Shown piece after piece: positions 20,384 through 30,575 of a stretch of 64,000 nucleotides of DNA; positions within the stretch are counted from its first letter, which is position 1, and each line of letters begins with the position of its first letter. Made by a program: the position numbers and the translations under genes. Under the pieces are notes generated by a model. That model saw only the letters and a program-made list of their open reading frames with translations, was not told the origin of the DNA and searched no databases. Source of the stretch: Synechococcus sp. Its GTDB lineage: Bacteria; Cyanobacteriota; Cyanobacteriia; PCC-6307; Cyanobiaceae. The stretch is taken from assembly GCA_047285535.1 (NCBI GenBank), contig JBJBDC010000001.1:832136-896135 (forward strand). Reading direction: 5' to 3'.

Positions 20384-20457
20384 TCGGAGCGGCGGGATTT
20401 GAACCCACGACCCCCACTACCCCAAAGTGGTGCGCTACCAAGCTGCGCTACGCCCCG
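20384..20457 (-). tRNA. tRNA-Pro (GGG)
   Basis: CGGGGCGTAGCGCAGCTTGGTAGCGCACCACTTTGGGGTAGTGGGGGTCGTGGGTTCAAATCCCGCCGCTCCGA cloverleaf, anticodon GGG. Confidence 0.97.
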
Positions 20458-20471
20458 GCGATTTGAAGCTA

Positions 20472-20819
20472 TCACAGCGCATTCCCTACTTTCTTGAATC
20501 GTCTGATCCGTTTCAAAAGCCGTTCTGTCAATAATTCACGCGGGTCACTGCTGAACCCCCAGAGGTGCATATTTCTTGCAAGGGTTCGAAGCTCTTGCAT
20601 CGACATTGAAGCCAGCTGCAGCTCCGGCAGAGTGCGCCAAGCTCTGCTGGTCAAAGGCATTGCCGAGCGACTAGGCAGCTGATTCAGAGAAAGGGTGCCA
20701 TCAGCCAACCACTCAGGAATGAGCACAACCAAAACGGCAATCAAGCCATACAGCTCGACCAATCCCTTGGGTAAGGGATGCAGCCGGCGACGCTGGCGTG
20801 GATCAGGTGAGGGCGACAC
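20472..20819 (-). CDS. Conserved hypothetical membrane protein
   Basis: LVELYGLIAVLVVLIPEWLA transmembrane segment; core-like composition. Confidence 0.7.
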   Translation of the reverse strand: MSPSPDPRQRRRLHPLPKGLVELYGLIAVLVVLIPEWLADGTLSLNQLPSRSAMPLTSRAWRTLPELQLASMSMQELRTLARNMHLWGFSSDPRELLTERLLKRIRRFKKVGNAL

Positions 20820-20885
20820 GAACCTCTGGATCTGACTTGAGGGTTCTAAATAACCGCAATTTCATTTTAAAGCCTCCATTTGTGA

Positions 20886-21047
20886 TCAAATCGCCAAGGT
20901 GCTTGAACTGGGTGAAGGTTGGTCTCGCCAGAGAAATGGCTGTGAATTCTTTGCATTTGGCCTCAAGCTGAAGATCAAAACAAACACCAAGACAAGGGTG
21001 AGAGCGATGGCCCCCATGACGACCCTGTCAGGCAATGCGTTATTCAT
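20886..21047 (-). CDS. 53-aa single-TM protein, not in the ORF track
   Basis: MNNALPDRVVMGAIALTLVLVFVLIFSLRP...; ATGA overlap with msrA stop. Confidence 0.6.
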   Translation of the reverse strand: MNNALPDRVVMGAIALTLVLVFVLIFSLRPNAKNSQPFLWRDQPSPSSSTLAI

Positions 21048-21772
21048 GAGTTTTCGATCAAGGGAATTGGATTATTATCTCCGCGCAAAACACAATGACT
21101 GACTGACCAGTCGTAATGACTCCAGACAGAGCCTGGAAGTTTGTAGTTCGCGCCAGGGAAGTCACCAAGCAACACACCACTTGGCATCGCTGAGCAATAG
21201 GGCCTGCTGCCTGGTCGGGCCAAATACTGTTGGTGATACTCTTCGGCTCTAAAAAAAACTTGATCAGCCGCAATTTCTGTTGTGATGTTGTTTCCTCCGC
21301 GTTTTTTCAATTCTGATTCATACCAATTGCGACTTGTTTTTGCGAGCTCAGCTTGATGATCTGTGAAGGTATAGATCGCTGATCGATATTGACTGCCTCT
21401 ATCGTTGCCCTGACGATCACCTTGGGTTGGATCATGGCATTCCCAGAACAGTTTCAGGAGATCACTGAAGTCAATAGCTGTGCTGCTCCAGACCACACGC
21501 ACGACCTCTGAATGTCCGGTACGCCCGCTGCAAACTTGTTCATAGCTTGGATTTTCAACCGCACCGCCTGCGTAACCAACAGCTGTTGACACCACACCTG
21601 GCAGTCTCCAAAACCCTTTCTCTGCCCCCCAAAAACAACCGCAGCCAAACAAAACCTCCTGCTGATCCTCCATCAGCGGAGCGTTCAGAGCAGTGCCGAG
21701 AACAACGTGCCGACCTTGATCGCTGGACTGCGGTGAAGACGTCGATTGTCCTGTAAGCCAAGAGGGCAGCAT
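21044..21772 (-). CDS. msrA: Peptide-methionine (S)-S-oxide reductase
   Basis: GCGCFWGAE, GRTGHSEVV, RQGNDRGSQYRS, AEEYHQQY. Confidence 0.96.
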   Translation of the reverse strand: MLPSWLTGQSTSSPQSSDQGRHVVLGTALNAPLMEDQQEVLFGCGCFWGAEKGFWRLPGVVSTAVGYAGGAVENPSYEQVCSGRTGHSEVVRVVWSSTAIDFSDLLKLFWECHDPTQGDRQGNDRGSQYRSAIYTFTDHQAELAKTSRNWYESELKKRGGNNITTEIAADQVFFRAEEYHQQYLARPGSRPYCSAMPSGVLLGDFPGANYKLPGSVWSHYDWSVSHCVLRGDNNPIPLIENS

Positions 21773-21796
21773 TGCAACAAAGCCAATGGCGAAACC

Positions 21797-22048
21797 CTAG
21801 GCACCAGATTTGGGTTCGAGCTGGATGTGATTCAGCAATGTCGTAACGAACGCAAACAGTAGAAAGGGCAAACTCAACACAAGAATCAGGCCAACACCGA
21901 CAAGAGCGAACAGAGGCTTTGATGAACCCATGAGAGCAAGCCCTGAGGCCAAACTCACAAAGATCACAGCCATCCAGGCCAGAATTTGACCATAAATGTC
22001 ACCGAAAGTGAGGGTGCAGCGCACCGCGAAGGGAGAGCTGGAAGACAT
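21797..22048 (-). CDS. Conserved cyanobacterial two-TM protein
   Basis: CTLTFGDIYGQI...FVTTLLNHI. Confidence 0.75.
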   Translation of the reverse strand: MSSSSPFAVRCTLTFGDIYGQILAWMAVIFVSLASGLALMGSSKPLFALVGVGLILVLSLPFLLFAFVTTLLNHIQLEPKSGA

Positions 22049-22124
22049 CGCAAGAAGCTTTTGATCCAGCTAAGCCCCGAACGCCTGATTTGTCGTGATT
22101 TTATGGATAAGCGTTTCATGATGT

Positions 22125-23876
22125 TCACGCCACCGCATCCAAACGTTCTGCGGCTTGTTCCCTATCCCAAAGGCTGCGGTAGGGCCCCTGAACAGACATG
22201 AGTTCGTTGTGATGCCCCTGTTGCACAAGCCTTCCTTGCTCCAAGACCAGAATCCGATCACACGCCGCAGCGGCCGATAGCTGATGGCTGATCATCACAA
22301 TCGTGCGTTGGGTTTGCCGGCGAACAGAAGCGAGGATCTCTGCAGCAGTGTTGTTGTCAACACTGGCCAAGGCGTCATCCAACACCAGCAACGGTGAAGT
22401 CATCAATAGAGCCCTACCCAGTGCCGTGCGTTGGCGTTGCCCTCCGCTCAGCGTGATTCCCCGCTCACCAACCAACGTCTCAAAACCATCGGGAAAACCC
22501 TTGATGTCATCCAGCAAGCGGGCTTGCTCTGCTGCTGCTTTCACCCGATCCATTCCAGCGTCTGGATCGCCATAGCGAAGGTTGTCGGCAAGACTGCTCG
22601 TAAACAGATAACCCTCCTGAGGAACGAGCGCGATTTGCTGCCTCAGATCTTGAAGTCGCAATTTCGTGAGATCGCAACCATCAAGAAACAACTGGCCCTC
22701 TGGGACTTCCACCATGCGTCCAAGCGCGCGAGCCAGGGTTGTTTTTCCACAGCCGACTGGACCCACAACAGCGACCAATTCGCCCGGTGCAATGTGGAAG
22801 GAAAGCCCCCTCAGCGTGTCTTGGTCGCTGCCGTCGTAACGAACATGCAAATTCCTTGCTTCCAGTGCACCCTGCGTACGGTCTTGGAGATTGGCCGGCT
22901 CCGATGGATCTCCAATTCGAGGCTGACGAGACAGCAGCTCTTCAACTCGCTCCAGGCTGACCTGGCCCGTTTGGAACGTGTTGAGGGTGAAGCCAAGCAG
23001 GGCTGTCGGGAAGACCAAGCGTTCCACGTACAGGATCAGCGCAACCAATCCACCAATCGAGAGAGTTCCACGTTCAAGTTGTCCACTCCCTAGAGCAATC
23101 AGCAATAAAAGTGAGATGGAAGAAATTCCTTCAAGCAAAGGGAAAAGGGTGCTGCGGGTGCGGGCCAAACGAATTGCTGAATCCCTGTAGCTTTTATTCC
23201 GCGTTCCGAACGCATCAAGCTCCGGTGCCTCTTGCCCGTAAATCTTGATGGCCGCAATACCGGAGAGATCCTCCTGAATGAGTTCACTAAGACCTGCAAG
23301 ATCCTCCTGTTGACGCCGTTGTTGACGCATCATTCGGCCACCAAATAAGCGCACCGCCCCAAGCATCACTGGATATAAAGAGATCGCAGCAATGGTCAGT
23401 CCTGGATCAATGGCCAACATCGCAGGCAGGGTGAAGGCATAAGCCAAACCTGTGTTGGTCAGGCTGAGTACCGCAAAGCCGAGAAGTCTTCTGACATTTT
23501 CGACGTCACTGGTGGCTCGACTGATGATTTCACCACTTCCGGTCTGCTGCACCCAGCCAGGTTCCTGGAGCAACATCTGGTCAAATACTTTTTGGCGTAA
23601 TTCCACCTCAACCTGCCGCCCTACTCCAAACACCAATTGGCGAGAAATAAGCCTCGCAATGCCCATGCTCGTCGCCAGCAGGACGATCAAGCCGGCCTGA
23701 CGCAGAACATCAGCAATCGCAAATCCATCTTGCAAATCATCAATCACTCGCCTCACTTCAAATGGGATCGTGACGCTGAGAATGTTCACCAGAACCAGAG
23801 TCAGCGCTCCCAGGACGACCGTGCGTCGGTGCGGCCTCAGATAGCGACCGATTAAATCGAGACGGAGGGCAGCCAT
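22125..23876 (-). CDS. ABC transporter, fused permease/ATPase (MdlA-like)
   Basis: GPVGCGKT, LSGGQRQR, LVLDDALASVD, N-terminal TM domain. Confidence 0.93.
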   Translation of the reverse strand: MAALRLDLIGRYLRPHRRTVVLGALTLVLVNILSVTIPFEVRRVIDDLQDGFAIADVLRQAGLIVLLATSMGIARLISRQLVFGVGRQVEVELRQKVFDQMLLQEPGWVQQTGSGEIISRATSDVENVRRLLGFAVLSLTNTGLAYAFTLPAMLAIDPGLTIAAISLYPVMLGAVRLFGGRMMRQQRRQQEDLAGLSELIQEDLSGIAAIKIYGQEAPELDAFGTRNKSYRDSAIRLARTRSTLFPLLEGISSISLLLLIALGSGQLERGTLSIGGLVALILYVERLVFPTALLGFTLNTFQTGQVSLERVEELLSRQPRIGDPSEPANLQDRTQGALEARNLHVRYDGSDQDTLRGLSFHIAPGELVAVVGPVGCGKTTLARALGRMVEVPEGQLFLDGCDLTKLRLQDLRQQIALVPQEGYLFTSSLADNLRYGDPDAGMDRVKAAAEQARLLDDIKGFPDGFETLVGERGITLSGGQRQRTALGRALLMTSPLLVLDDALASVDNNTAAEILASVRRQTQRTIVMISHQLSAAAACDRILVLEQGRLVQQGHHNELMSVQGPYRSLWDREQAAERLDAVA

Positions 23877-24086
23877 GCCTGGTGCAGAACAAACATCAAC
23901 CTAGGCAGTCCTCTCCTTGTCAAGTGGAGGCCTTGGCAACCACAGGACACGGTGGAGCTGGGTGTTGATCGATCTGGTAATTGAGACTTTTGTGAGTAAT
24001 AGTGGAGATGTCCCCATCACCCGGCCCGGCGTGCATCAGCACACCGGGCTTTTTTCTGACCAGACTCCTTCGATTGCACTTCCCCG

Positions 24087-25133
24087 ATGGTCACTGCCTC
24101 AGCTCCATGGCCCCAACTCCTTGAACAGCTATTCGCTGGCCAGGTTCTATCCAAAGAGGACGCCTCAGCCTTAATGGAAGCTTGGCTGGTGGAAGAACTC
24201 ACTCCAGTGCAAACAGGGGCATTCCTTGCCGCTCTGCGTGGAAGAACAATTCAAGGATCGGAGCTTTCCGCAATGGCTAAGGTCCTGCGTAAAGCTTGTG
24301 CGTTGCCAGGCCCTCGACCAGACCTTGCGCTTGTCGATACCTGTGGTACCGGAGGAGACGGGGCCAACACATTCAATATTTCTACAGCGGTGGCATTCAC
24401 AGCGGCGGCCTGTGGTGCCAATGTCGCCAAACATGGCAACCGCAGCGCTAGCGGAAAGGTTGGCTCTGCAGATGTCCTGGAAGGACTGGGATTACAGCTC
24501 AACTCCCCCATGGAAACCGTCGTAGGAGCTTTGGCTTCATCAGGAGTCACCTTTTTATTCGCACCGGCATGGCATCCAGCCCTGGTGAACCTGGCTCCGC
24601 TGCGTCGCAGCTTGGGAGTGCGAACAATCTTTAATTTGCTTGGTCCCTTAGTGAATCCACTCACACCGGAAGCCCAAGTGCTTGGTGTAGCCAATGCCGA
24701 ATTATTAGATCCCATGGCTGAGGCTTTGCAAGAACTCGAGCTGAATCGAGCCGTTGTGGTGCACGGGTCTGGAGGACTGGATGAAGCATCCCTCCAAGGC
24801 CCCAATCAATTGCGCATCCTTGAAAATGGATTCGTGCGTTCTGATCAACTCCACCCCTCTGACTTTGGCCTAACTCCTGCTCCTCTCGAGGCGTTACGAG
24901 GTGGGGATTTGGTCACCAATCAACAGATGCTTGAAGCCGTTCTCAAGGGAGAAGCGCCTCATGCTCATCATGACGTCGTTGTTCTCAACACTGCCTTGGT
25001 CCTATGGGCGGCAGGAGTTCAATCCGATCTTGCTGTGGGGGTCAAAATGGCTTCGACAAGCTTGCATGAGGGTGAGCCTTGGCATCGACTTGTGTCTCTG
25101 CGTCAGGCCCTGGGGGGTCGCAAGGAAGAATGA
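24087..25133 (+). CDS. trpD: Anthranilate phosphoribosyltransferase
   Basis: [36 protein letters not shown]. Confidence 0.97.
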   Translation: MVTASAPWPQLLEQLFAGQVLSKEDASALMEAWLVEELTPVQTGAFLAALRGRTIQGSELSAMAKVLRKACALPGPRPDLALVDTCGTGGDGANTFNISTAVAFTAAACGANVAKHGNRSASGKVGSADVLEGLGLQLNSPMETVVGALASSGVTFLFAPAWHPALVNLAPLRRSLGVRTIFNLLGPLVNPLTPEAQVLGVANAELLDPMAEALQELELNRAVVVHGSGGLDEASLQGPNQLRILENGFVRSDQLHPSDFGLTPAPLEALRGGDLVTNQQMLEAVLKGEAPHAHHDVVVLNTALVLWAAGVQSDLAVGVKMASTSLHEGEPWHRLVSLRQALGGRKEE

Positions 25134-25164
25134 AGGGGATCTTGCCCGTCCATCGCTTCTGCTG

Positions 25165-26304
25165 ATGACCGCTACTCATCCATTCACGGCGCGTCTGGTC
25201 CTGCATGACGGAACGGTCCTAGAAGGCTTTGCCTGCGGTCAGCGAGGAAGCGTCATTGGCGAGGTGGTATTCAACACGGGAATGACTGGATACCAGGAAG
25301 TGCTTACCGATCCCAGTTATGCCGGCCAGCTCATCACCTTCACGTATCCAGAGATAGGCAATACGGGGGTCAATCCTGATGATCAAGAAGCAGATCAGCC
25401 CCATGCCCGTGGATTGATTGTGCGGCAGTTGGCTCCTCAACCAAGCAACTGGCGGAGCCAACAGTCCCTTCCAAAATGGATGGAGGAGAACGATGTGATT
25501 GGAATCCAGGGTGTCGACACCCGTGCTTTGGTGAGGCACCTTCGTGCATTGGGACCAATGAACGGGGTGATCAGTAGCGACGGTCGTTCAGCTCTGGAGC
25601 TTTTGGAAGAACTGAATCAGGCCCCTTCGATGGAGGGACTGAACCTTGCCGATCAGGTTTCCACCCGAACGCCCTATGTCTGGAGCGAGCCATGTCGCGT
25701 AAGTTTTGATCAACGACTTCAGAAACGCCCTGATCGCCCGTATCGCGTTGTAGTTCTTGATTTCGGCATTAAACGAGCCATCTTGAATCGGCTTGTCGGG
25801 CATGGCTGTGAACTCATTGTTTTACCAGCCAATACGACGATCAACACCGTGCTGTCCCATGAACCTGAGGGCGTTTTTCTGTCCAACGGACCTGGGGATC
25901 CAGCGGCTGTGAAATCTGGGATCAGGTTGGCACGCGCTTTGCTGGAGCAACGCCATTTACCGATGTTTGGGATTTGTCTTGGTCATCAAATCCTGGGACT
26001 TGCCCTAGGCGGCAAAACCTTCAAACTGGCCTACGGCCATCGCGGTCTGAATCATCCATGTGGCAGCAGTGGACACGTGGAAATCACGAGTCAGAACCAC
26101 GGATTTGCTCTCGACGCAGCCTCATTACCTGCGGATCAAGTTGCAGTGACCCATCTCAATCTGAATGACAGAACGGTAGCCGCAATGGAGCATCGGGATC
26201 AACCCGTGTTTGGCGTTCAATATCACCCTGAAGCCAGCCCTGGCCCCCATGATGCTGATCATCATTTCGCCCGATTTACAACCTTGATGGCTGATCGCCG
26301 CTGA
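25165..26304 (+). CDS. carA: Carbamoyl-phosphate synthase small subunit
   Basis: [41 protein letters not shown]. Confidence 0.97.
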   Translation: MTATHPFTARLVLHDGTVLEGFACGQRGSVIGEVVFNTGMTGYQEVLTDPSYAGQLITFTYPEIGNTGVNPDDQEADQPHARGLIVRQLAPQPSNWRSQQSLPKWMEENDVIGIQGVDTRALVRHLRALGPMNGVISSDGRSALELLEELNQAPSMEGLNLADQVSTRTPYVWSEPCRVSFDQRLQKRPDRPYRVVVLDFGIKRAILNRLVGHGCELIVLPANTTINTVLSHEPEGVFLSNGPGDPAAVKSGIRLARALLEQRHLPMFGICLGHQILGLALGGKTFKLAYGHRGLNHPCGSSGHVEITSQNHGFALDAASLPADQVAVTHLNLNDRTVAAMEHRDQPVFGVQYHPEASPGPHDADHHFARFTTLMADRR

Positions 26305-26318
26305 ATCGTGGTGAGAAC

Positions 26319-26735
26319 GTGCCCATCTCACTATTATTTGCTCCAACAGAAATCCGGGGGATTGGTCCCATTACTGAACTGCAGCGATTAACCGTTTCGC
26401 TTCGGGGTGGCTTCGAGCAAAAACGTGACTGCGTGGTGTTTCATTTCACTGGTCAGCTTGATGCCTATTCCGAGAGTCAGTTCATGACCTACGTGACTGA
26501 TGTCCTTAAAACGAACAAGTCACCGGCCGTGATTGACCTCGTCAAGATTGATTTCCTTGACTCTTCTGGGCTTGGCGTTCTTGTGCAGGTTGCCAAGCAG
26601 TGCAAAGACAGCAAAAGGCGTTTCGCGGTGGTGGGAAATGCTCGCGTGATTCAAACCGTCAAACTTGTACGACTTGAAGACTTTCTCCACTTAATGGAAA
26701 ATCTCGAGGAAGCTGTTAACAAACTTGCAAGTTGA
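26319..26735 (+). CDS. STAS-domain anti-sigma factor antagonist (start uncertain)
   Basis: GQLDAYS, IDFLDSSGLGVLV. Confidence 0.88.
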   Translation: MPISLLFAPTEIRGIGPITELQRLTVSLRGGFEQKRDCVVFHFTGQLDAYSESQFMTYVTDVLKTNKSPAVIDLVKIDFLDSSGLGVLVQVAKQCKDSKRRFAVVGNARVIQTVKLVRLEDFLHLMENLEEAVNKLAS

Positions 26736-27139
26736 GCGATTGGATTCGCTTCCAGTCTTCGCAAGCACCCGATCGAGATTTGGGTTCTTTGCAACTGGCC
26801 TGGCTAGGAGACGCCGTTTGGGAACTGCATCAGCGACTTAAATTCTGCAAAACCCCGGGGCGATCGCATGATCTTCATCAGGCTGTGGTTTCTCAAGTGC
26901 GGGCCGATGCACAAGCCAAGGCCTTAGAGAAACTTGAACCATTTCTGACCAATCAGGAACTGGATCTTGTCAGACGAGGACGCAACAAGGCTGGTCGAGG
27001 CCCCAAGGGTGGGGATGCAGGTGTGTATGGCAGAGCAACAGGATTTGAGACAATGGTGGGCTGGCTCTTTCTGCAAAATCCAGCGCGGCTTGCGCAGCTC
27101 TTGGATCGCCTCGAGGAGACCGACAACGCCCTGTCATAA
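26732..27139 (+). CDS. mrnC: Mini-ribonuclease III
   Basis: LAWLGDAVWEL, RRGRN, YGRATGFETMVGWL; upstream of rlmB. Confidence 0.9.
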   Translation: MSDWIRFQSSQAPDRDLGSLQLAWLGDAVWELHQRLKFCKTPGRSHDLHQAVVSQVRADAQAKALEKLEPFLTNQELDLVRRGRNKAGRGPKGGDAGVYGRATGFETMVGWLFLQNPARLAQLLDRLEETDNALS

Positions 27140-27150
27140 CAACCCATTCC

Positions 27151-28692
27151 ATGAGCTCACGATTCGAACGCCGCCCCTCCCAAGGTTCTGGCAGCGGCTC
27201 AGGTGCACGCGGTCGTCGTCCTTTTCGCGATGGACCACCGCCTATGCGTCGCGATCGCGATGCAACATGGAGTGGACGCTCTGAGGCTGGGAACTCAGGC
27301 CGTCGCTTTAGGGATTCTCGCTTTGATGAGCGTCGCTCTTCAGATCAACGTTCTTCTTCCCGTCGCCCCACTGACCGCAGATCACCGGAGCGCAGATCAA
27401 CAAACCGTCCCCCCTCTGATCGACGTCTCTCAGACCGCAGGACTTCAGCTTTGGATTCGAGTTCTACTGACCGCAGGCCCTCAATTGATCGGCGTTTCTC
27501 TGAAAAGCGTTCATCTGAAGGCCGTGTTGCGGAAGGCAGTTTTTCGGAACGTCGCTCTCGAGAGTCCAGTCCGAGAGATCGAAGCCCGTCCTTTGATCGC
27601 CGATTCCCTAATCAAACCAATGGAGATCGACGACCACATTTTGAAGAGCGACGTCCCTACAACTCTGCCAAAAACAAGCGCTCATCATCACCACGACAGG
27701 AAGATAAGCCGCGTGGTGAGTCCAGTCCGCATGCCGCTGACCCCGTAGCCGATGATCTGCTCTGGGGTCGACATGCCACACAAGCTGCCTTGGAAGCCTG
27801 CAGACCGATTCATCGAATCTGGTGCACCTCTGAACTACGTAGTTCCTCAAAATTCCTTCAGCTTCTAAAAGAGGCCAAATCCTCCGGAGTGTTAGTTGAA
27901 GAAGTCACCTGGGCAAGACTGGGACAACTGACTGGTGGAGCTGTTCACCAGGGCATTGTTTTACAGACTGCAGCAGCAGAAACCTTTGATTTAGGAGATC
28001 TGGTGCAAGGGTGCAGCTCCTTGGGAGAAGCGCCTCTGTTGTTAGCTCTTGACGGCCTGACTGATCCCCAAAACTTAGGTGCGATTGTCCGTTCAGCGGA
28101 AGCGCTCGGAGCACACGGCGTCGTTCTTCCGCAAAGACGAAGTGCTGGATTGACTGGTTCTGTAGCCAAGGTTGCGGCCGGAGCACTGGAGCATCTACCT
28201 GTCGCTCGTGTCGTGAATCTCAATCGTTCCCTTGAAACCTTGAAATCAGCTGGTTATCGGGTGATCGGATTGGCAGAGGAAGGTGACCTCACCCTCGAAG
28301 AGGTGGATCTGGACGGCCCTCTTGTCATCGTGACCGGCTCAGAAGGCCAAGGCCTGTCCATGTTGACGCGTCGTCATTGCGATCAGCTGATTCGCATTCC
28401 CTTGAGAGGGGTAACTCCAAGCCTGAATGCATCGGTTGCAACAGCACTCTGCATGTATGAAGTTGCCCGTCGAGGTTGGATGAAGGGAATTAAGGGGCAG
28501 AATCCATCCCCAAGAATCACCAGGCCTCAGTTAAGTGGATCCTCACCTTCACCCGACAAGGTTGATCCCCAGCCCGTGGAGGAAAGCCTCAAGGATCAGC
28601 CTTCCGAGAGGGTAACGGTCAGTCTTGATCTCGAGAGAGAAGCTTCTCCAATGTCAGGATCTGAGGCTTTTGGAGTGAGTATTGATCTCTAA
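27151..28692 (+). CDS. rlmB: 23S rRNA Gm2251 methyltransferase with long Arg/Ser-rich N-terminal extension
   Basis: HQGIV, DPQNLGAIVRSA, GSEGQG, SLNASVA. Confidence 0.93.
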   Translation: MSSRFERRPSQGSGSGSGARGRRPFRDGPPPMRRDRDATWSGRSEAGNSGRRFRDSRFDERRSSDQRSSSRRPTDRRSPERRSTNRPPSDRRLSDRRTSALDSSSTDRRPSIDRRFSEKRSSEGRVAEGSFSERRSRESSPRDRSPSFDRRFPNQTNGDRRPHFEERRPYNSAKNKRSSSPRQEDKPRGESSPHAADPVADDLLWGRHATQAALEACRPIHRIWCTSELRSSSKFLQLLKEAKSSGVLVEEVTWARLGQLTGGAVHQGIVLQTAAAETFDLGDLVQGCSSLGEAPLLLALDGLTDPQNLGAIVRSAEALGAHGVVLPQRRSAGLTGSVAKVAAGALEHLPVARVVNLNRSLETLKSAGYRVIGLAEEGDLTLEEVDLDGPLVIVTGSEGQGLSMLTRRHCDQLIRIPLRGVTPSLNASVATALCMYEVARRGWMKGIKGQNPSPRITRPQLSGSSPSPDKVDPQPVEESLKDQPSERVTVSLDLEREASPMSGSEAFGVSIDL

Positions 28693-28747
28693 TTTCAACG
28701 AAACGCCTTGCAGCAAGGCACAATGATTTGACCTCGACAGCTCTTGC

Positions 28748-28993
28748 ATGAGCCCCCTGATCAGGCCCCTGCGCAGTCTCGCCAACGGTCTCGGCTTCGC
28801 ATGGTGGGCGCGTGTCCACACGCACGGACCTGATGTCACCTATTGGTTCGGTCCATTTGTCACAAAGAGCGGCTTAGAAAAGGTTCTGCCTGCTTTTCTT
28901 GAAGATCTCTCTTCAGAAGCGCCCACCTCTTTGGATCATTCGATTCTTCGCTGTCGTCGATCCGAACCCTTCACGATCAACGCTCAGGGATGA
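28748..28993 (+). CDS. DUF1816 family protein
   Basis: GFAWWARV...TYWFGPF...FLEDL. Confidence 0.85.
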   Translation: MSPLIRPLRSLANGLGFAWWARVHTHGPDVTYWFGPFVTKSGLEKVLPAFLEDLSSEAPTSLDHSILRCRRSEPFTINAQG

Positions 28994-29030
28994 AACTGAT
29001 AGCGTCATTGCTGGAAATCAAATCCTGCAG

Positions 29031-30494
29031 ATGGCGATTGCCGAGTGGCGTCAGCAACTAGAAAATGGTGATGTATCTGCCAGGGAGCTGACCGATCATC
29101 ATTTGGCTCGAATTGAGGCCATTGATCCAAGCGTTCATGCCTTTCTAGAGGTCACAGCTGATCGAGCTCGCGCCGATGCCGATCGGATTGACGAGGCTCG
29201 AGCAGCAGGCGAATCGCTACCTCCACTTGCGGGAGTGCCCATTGCCATCAAGGACAACCTGTGCACGAAGGGAGTTCGGACGACCTGCTCCAGTCGGATG
29301 CTGAAGTCTTTTGTTCCGCCTTATGAATCGACAGTCAGTGATCGACTCTGGCGTTCCGGGGCAGTTCTGATCGGGAAGACCAATCTTGACGAGTTCGCCA
29401 TGGGCGGATCGACTGAAACCTCTGCTTTTGGTCCAACAGCCAATCCCTGGAATACGGACTACGTACCTGGAGGTAGTTCTGGCGGAAGTGCTGCAGCTGT
29501 TGCGGCAGGTGAATGCATGGCTTCTCTCGGGTCTGACACCGGTGGATCGATCCGACAACCAGCTTCCTTTTGTGGTGTTGTTGGCCTGAAGCCCACCTAT
29601 GGCCGCGTGAGCCGCTACGGGCTGGTGGCTTTTGCAAGCTCACTGGACCAAGTAGGTCCTTTTGCCACTTCAGTTTCCGATGCGGCTGAATTGCTACAAG
29701 CAATCGCTGGGGAAGATTCGCGAGATTCAACCTGCCTGAAAGCCCCTGTACCCAATTACCGCAGTGCCATTGGTCGCTCTATCCAAGGGCTCCGGGTCGG
29801 GGTGGTTCGAGAATGCTTTGAGCAGGAAGGATTGGACGCTGAGGTCAAAGCCTCAGTGCTTGGCGCTGCCGATCAGCTGCAGTCACTAGGAGCCGAGCTC
29901 GTGGATGTCAGTTGCCCACGATTTAACGACGGCATTGCCACCTACTACGTCATTGCCCCATCAGAAGCATCAGCCAACTTGGCGCGTTACGACGGAGTGA
30001 AGTACGGCTTCCGTGCCGACGATGCTTCCAGCCTTGCTGCCATGACGGCACGCAGCCGAGCCGAAGGGTTCGGCAGCGAGGTTCAACGTCGAATTTTAAT
30101 TGGCACCTATGCCCTCTCAGCAGGATATGTGGAGGCTTACTACCGCAAAGCTCAGCAGGTTCGAACCTTGATTCGTAAGGACTTCGAGACAGCCTTTGCC
30201 TCCGTCGATGTCTTGTTGACACCGACCGCCCCATCCACTGCATTCGCCTCTGGAACACACGCGGATGACCCCCTAGCGATGTACCTGGCGGATCTACTCA
30301 CCATTCCTGCCAACCTTGCTGGACTACCAGCCATCAATGTTCCTTGCGGTTTCGACAACAAGGGATTGCCGATCGGTCTTCAACTCATTGGCAATGTGCT
30401 TGAGGAATCTCTGCTGCTCCAAGTCGCTCACCAGTACGAGCAGTCTGCAAATGTGATGATGCAGCGCCCGAGGGGGAGTTTTGTTCCAGCCTGA
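29031..30494 (+). CDS. gatA: Asp/Glu-tRNA amidotransferase subunit A
   Basis: [39 protein letters not shown]. Confidence 0.97.
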   Translation: MAIAEWRQQLENGDVSARELTDHHLARIEAIDPSVHAFLEVTADRARADADRIDEARAAGESLPPLAGVPIAIKDNLCTKGVRTTCSSRMLKSFVPPYESTVSDRLWRSGAVLIGKTNLDEFAMGGSTETSAFGPTANPWNTDYVPGGSSGGSAAAVAAGECMASLGSDTGGSIRQPASFCGVVGLKPTYGRVSRYGLVAFASSLDQVGPFATSVSDAAELLQAIAGEDSRDSTCLKAPVPNYRSAIGRSIQGLRVGVVRECFEQEGLDAEVKASVLGAADQLQSLGAELVDVSCPRFNDGIATYYVIAPSEASANLARYDGVKYGFRADDASSLAAMTARSRAEGFGSEVQRRILIGTYALSAGYVEAYYRKAQQVRTLIRKDFETAFASVDVLLTPTAPSTAFASGTHADDPLAMYLADLLTIPANLAGLPAINVPCGFDNKGLPIGLQLIGNVLEESLLLQVAHQYEQSANVMMQRPRGSFVPA

Positions 30495-30575
30495 GCTCAC
30501 CAGCTTCAACCCCTGCATCTAGCGTTTTAGGAGATTGACACCGCTGCATCTTGCGGATGCGCTTAGTCTGGTCGC

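Larger units (their letters stand above)
12100..20384. mobile_element. tRNA-Pro-anchored integrative island (left border uncertain; may extend to pstS)
   Basis: Integrase immediately 3' of tRNA-Pro, AT-rich orphan cargo, low coding density. Confidence 0.65.

Noticed and set aside
20214..20441. 75-aa ORF
   Set aside because: It overlaps tRNA-Pro on the same strand and is spurious.
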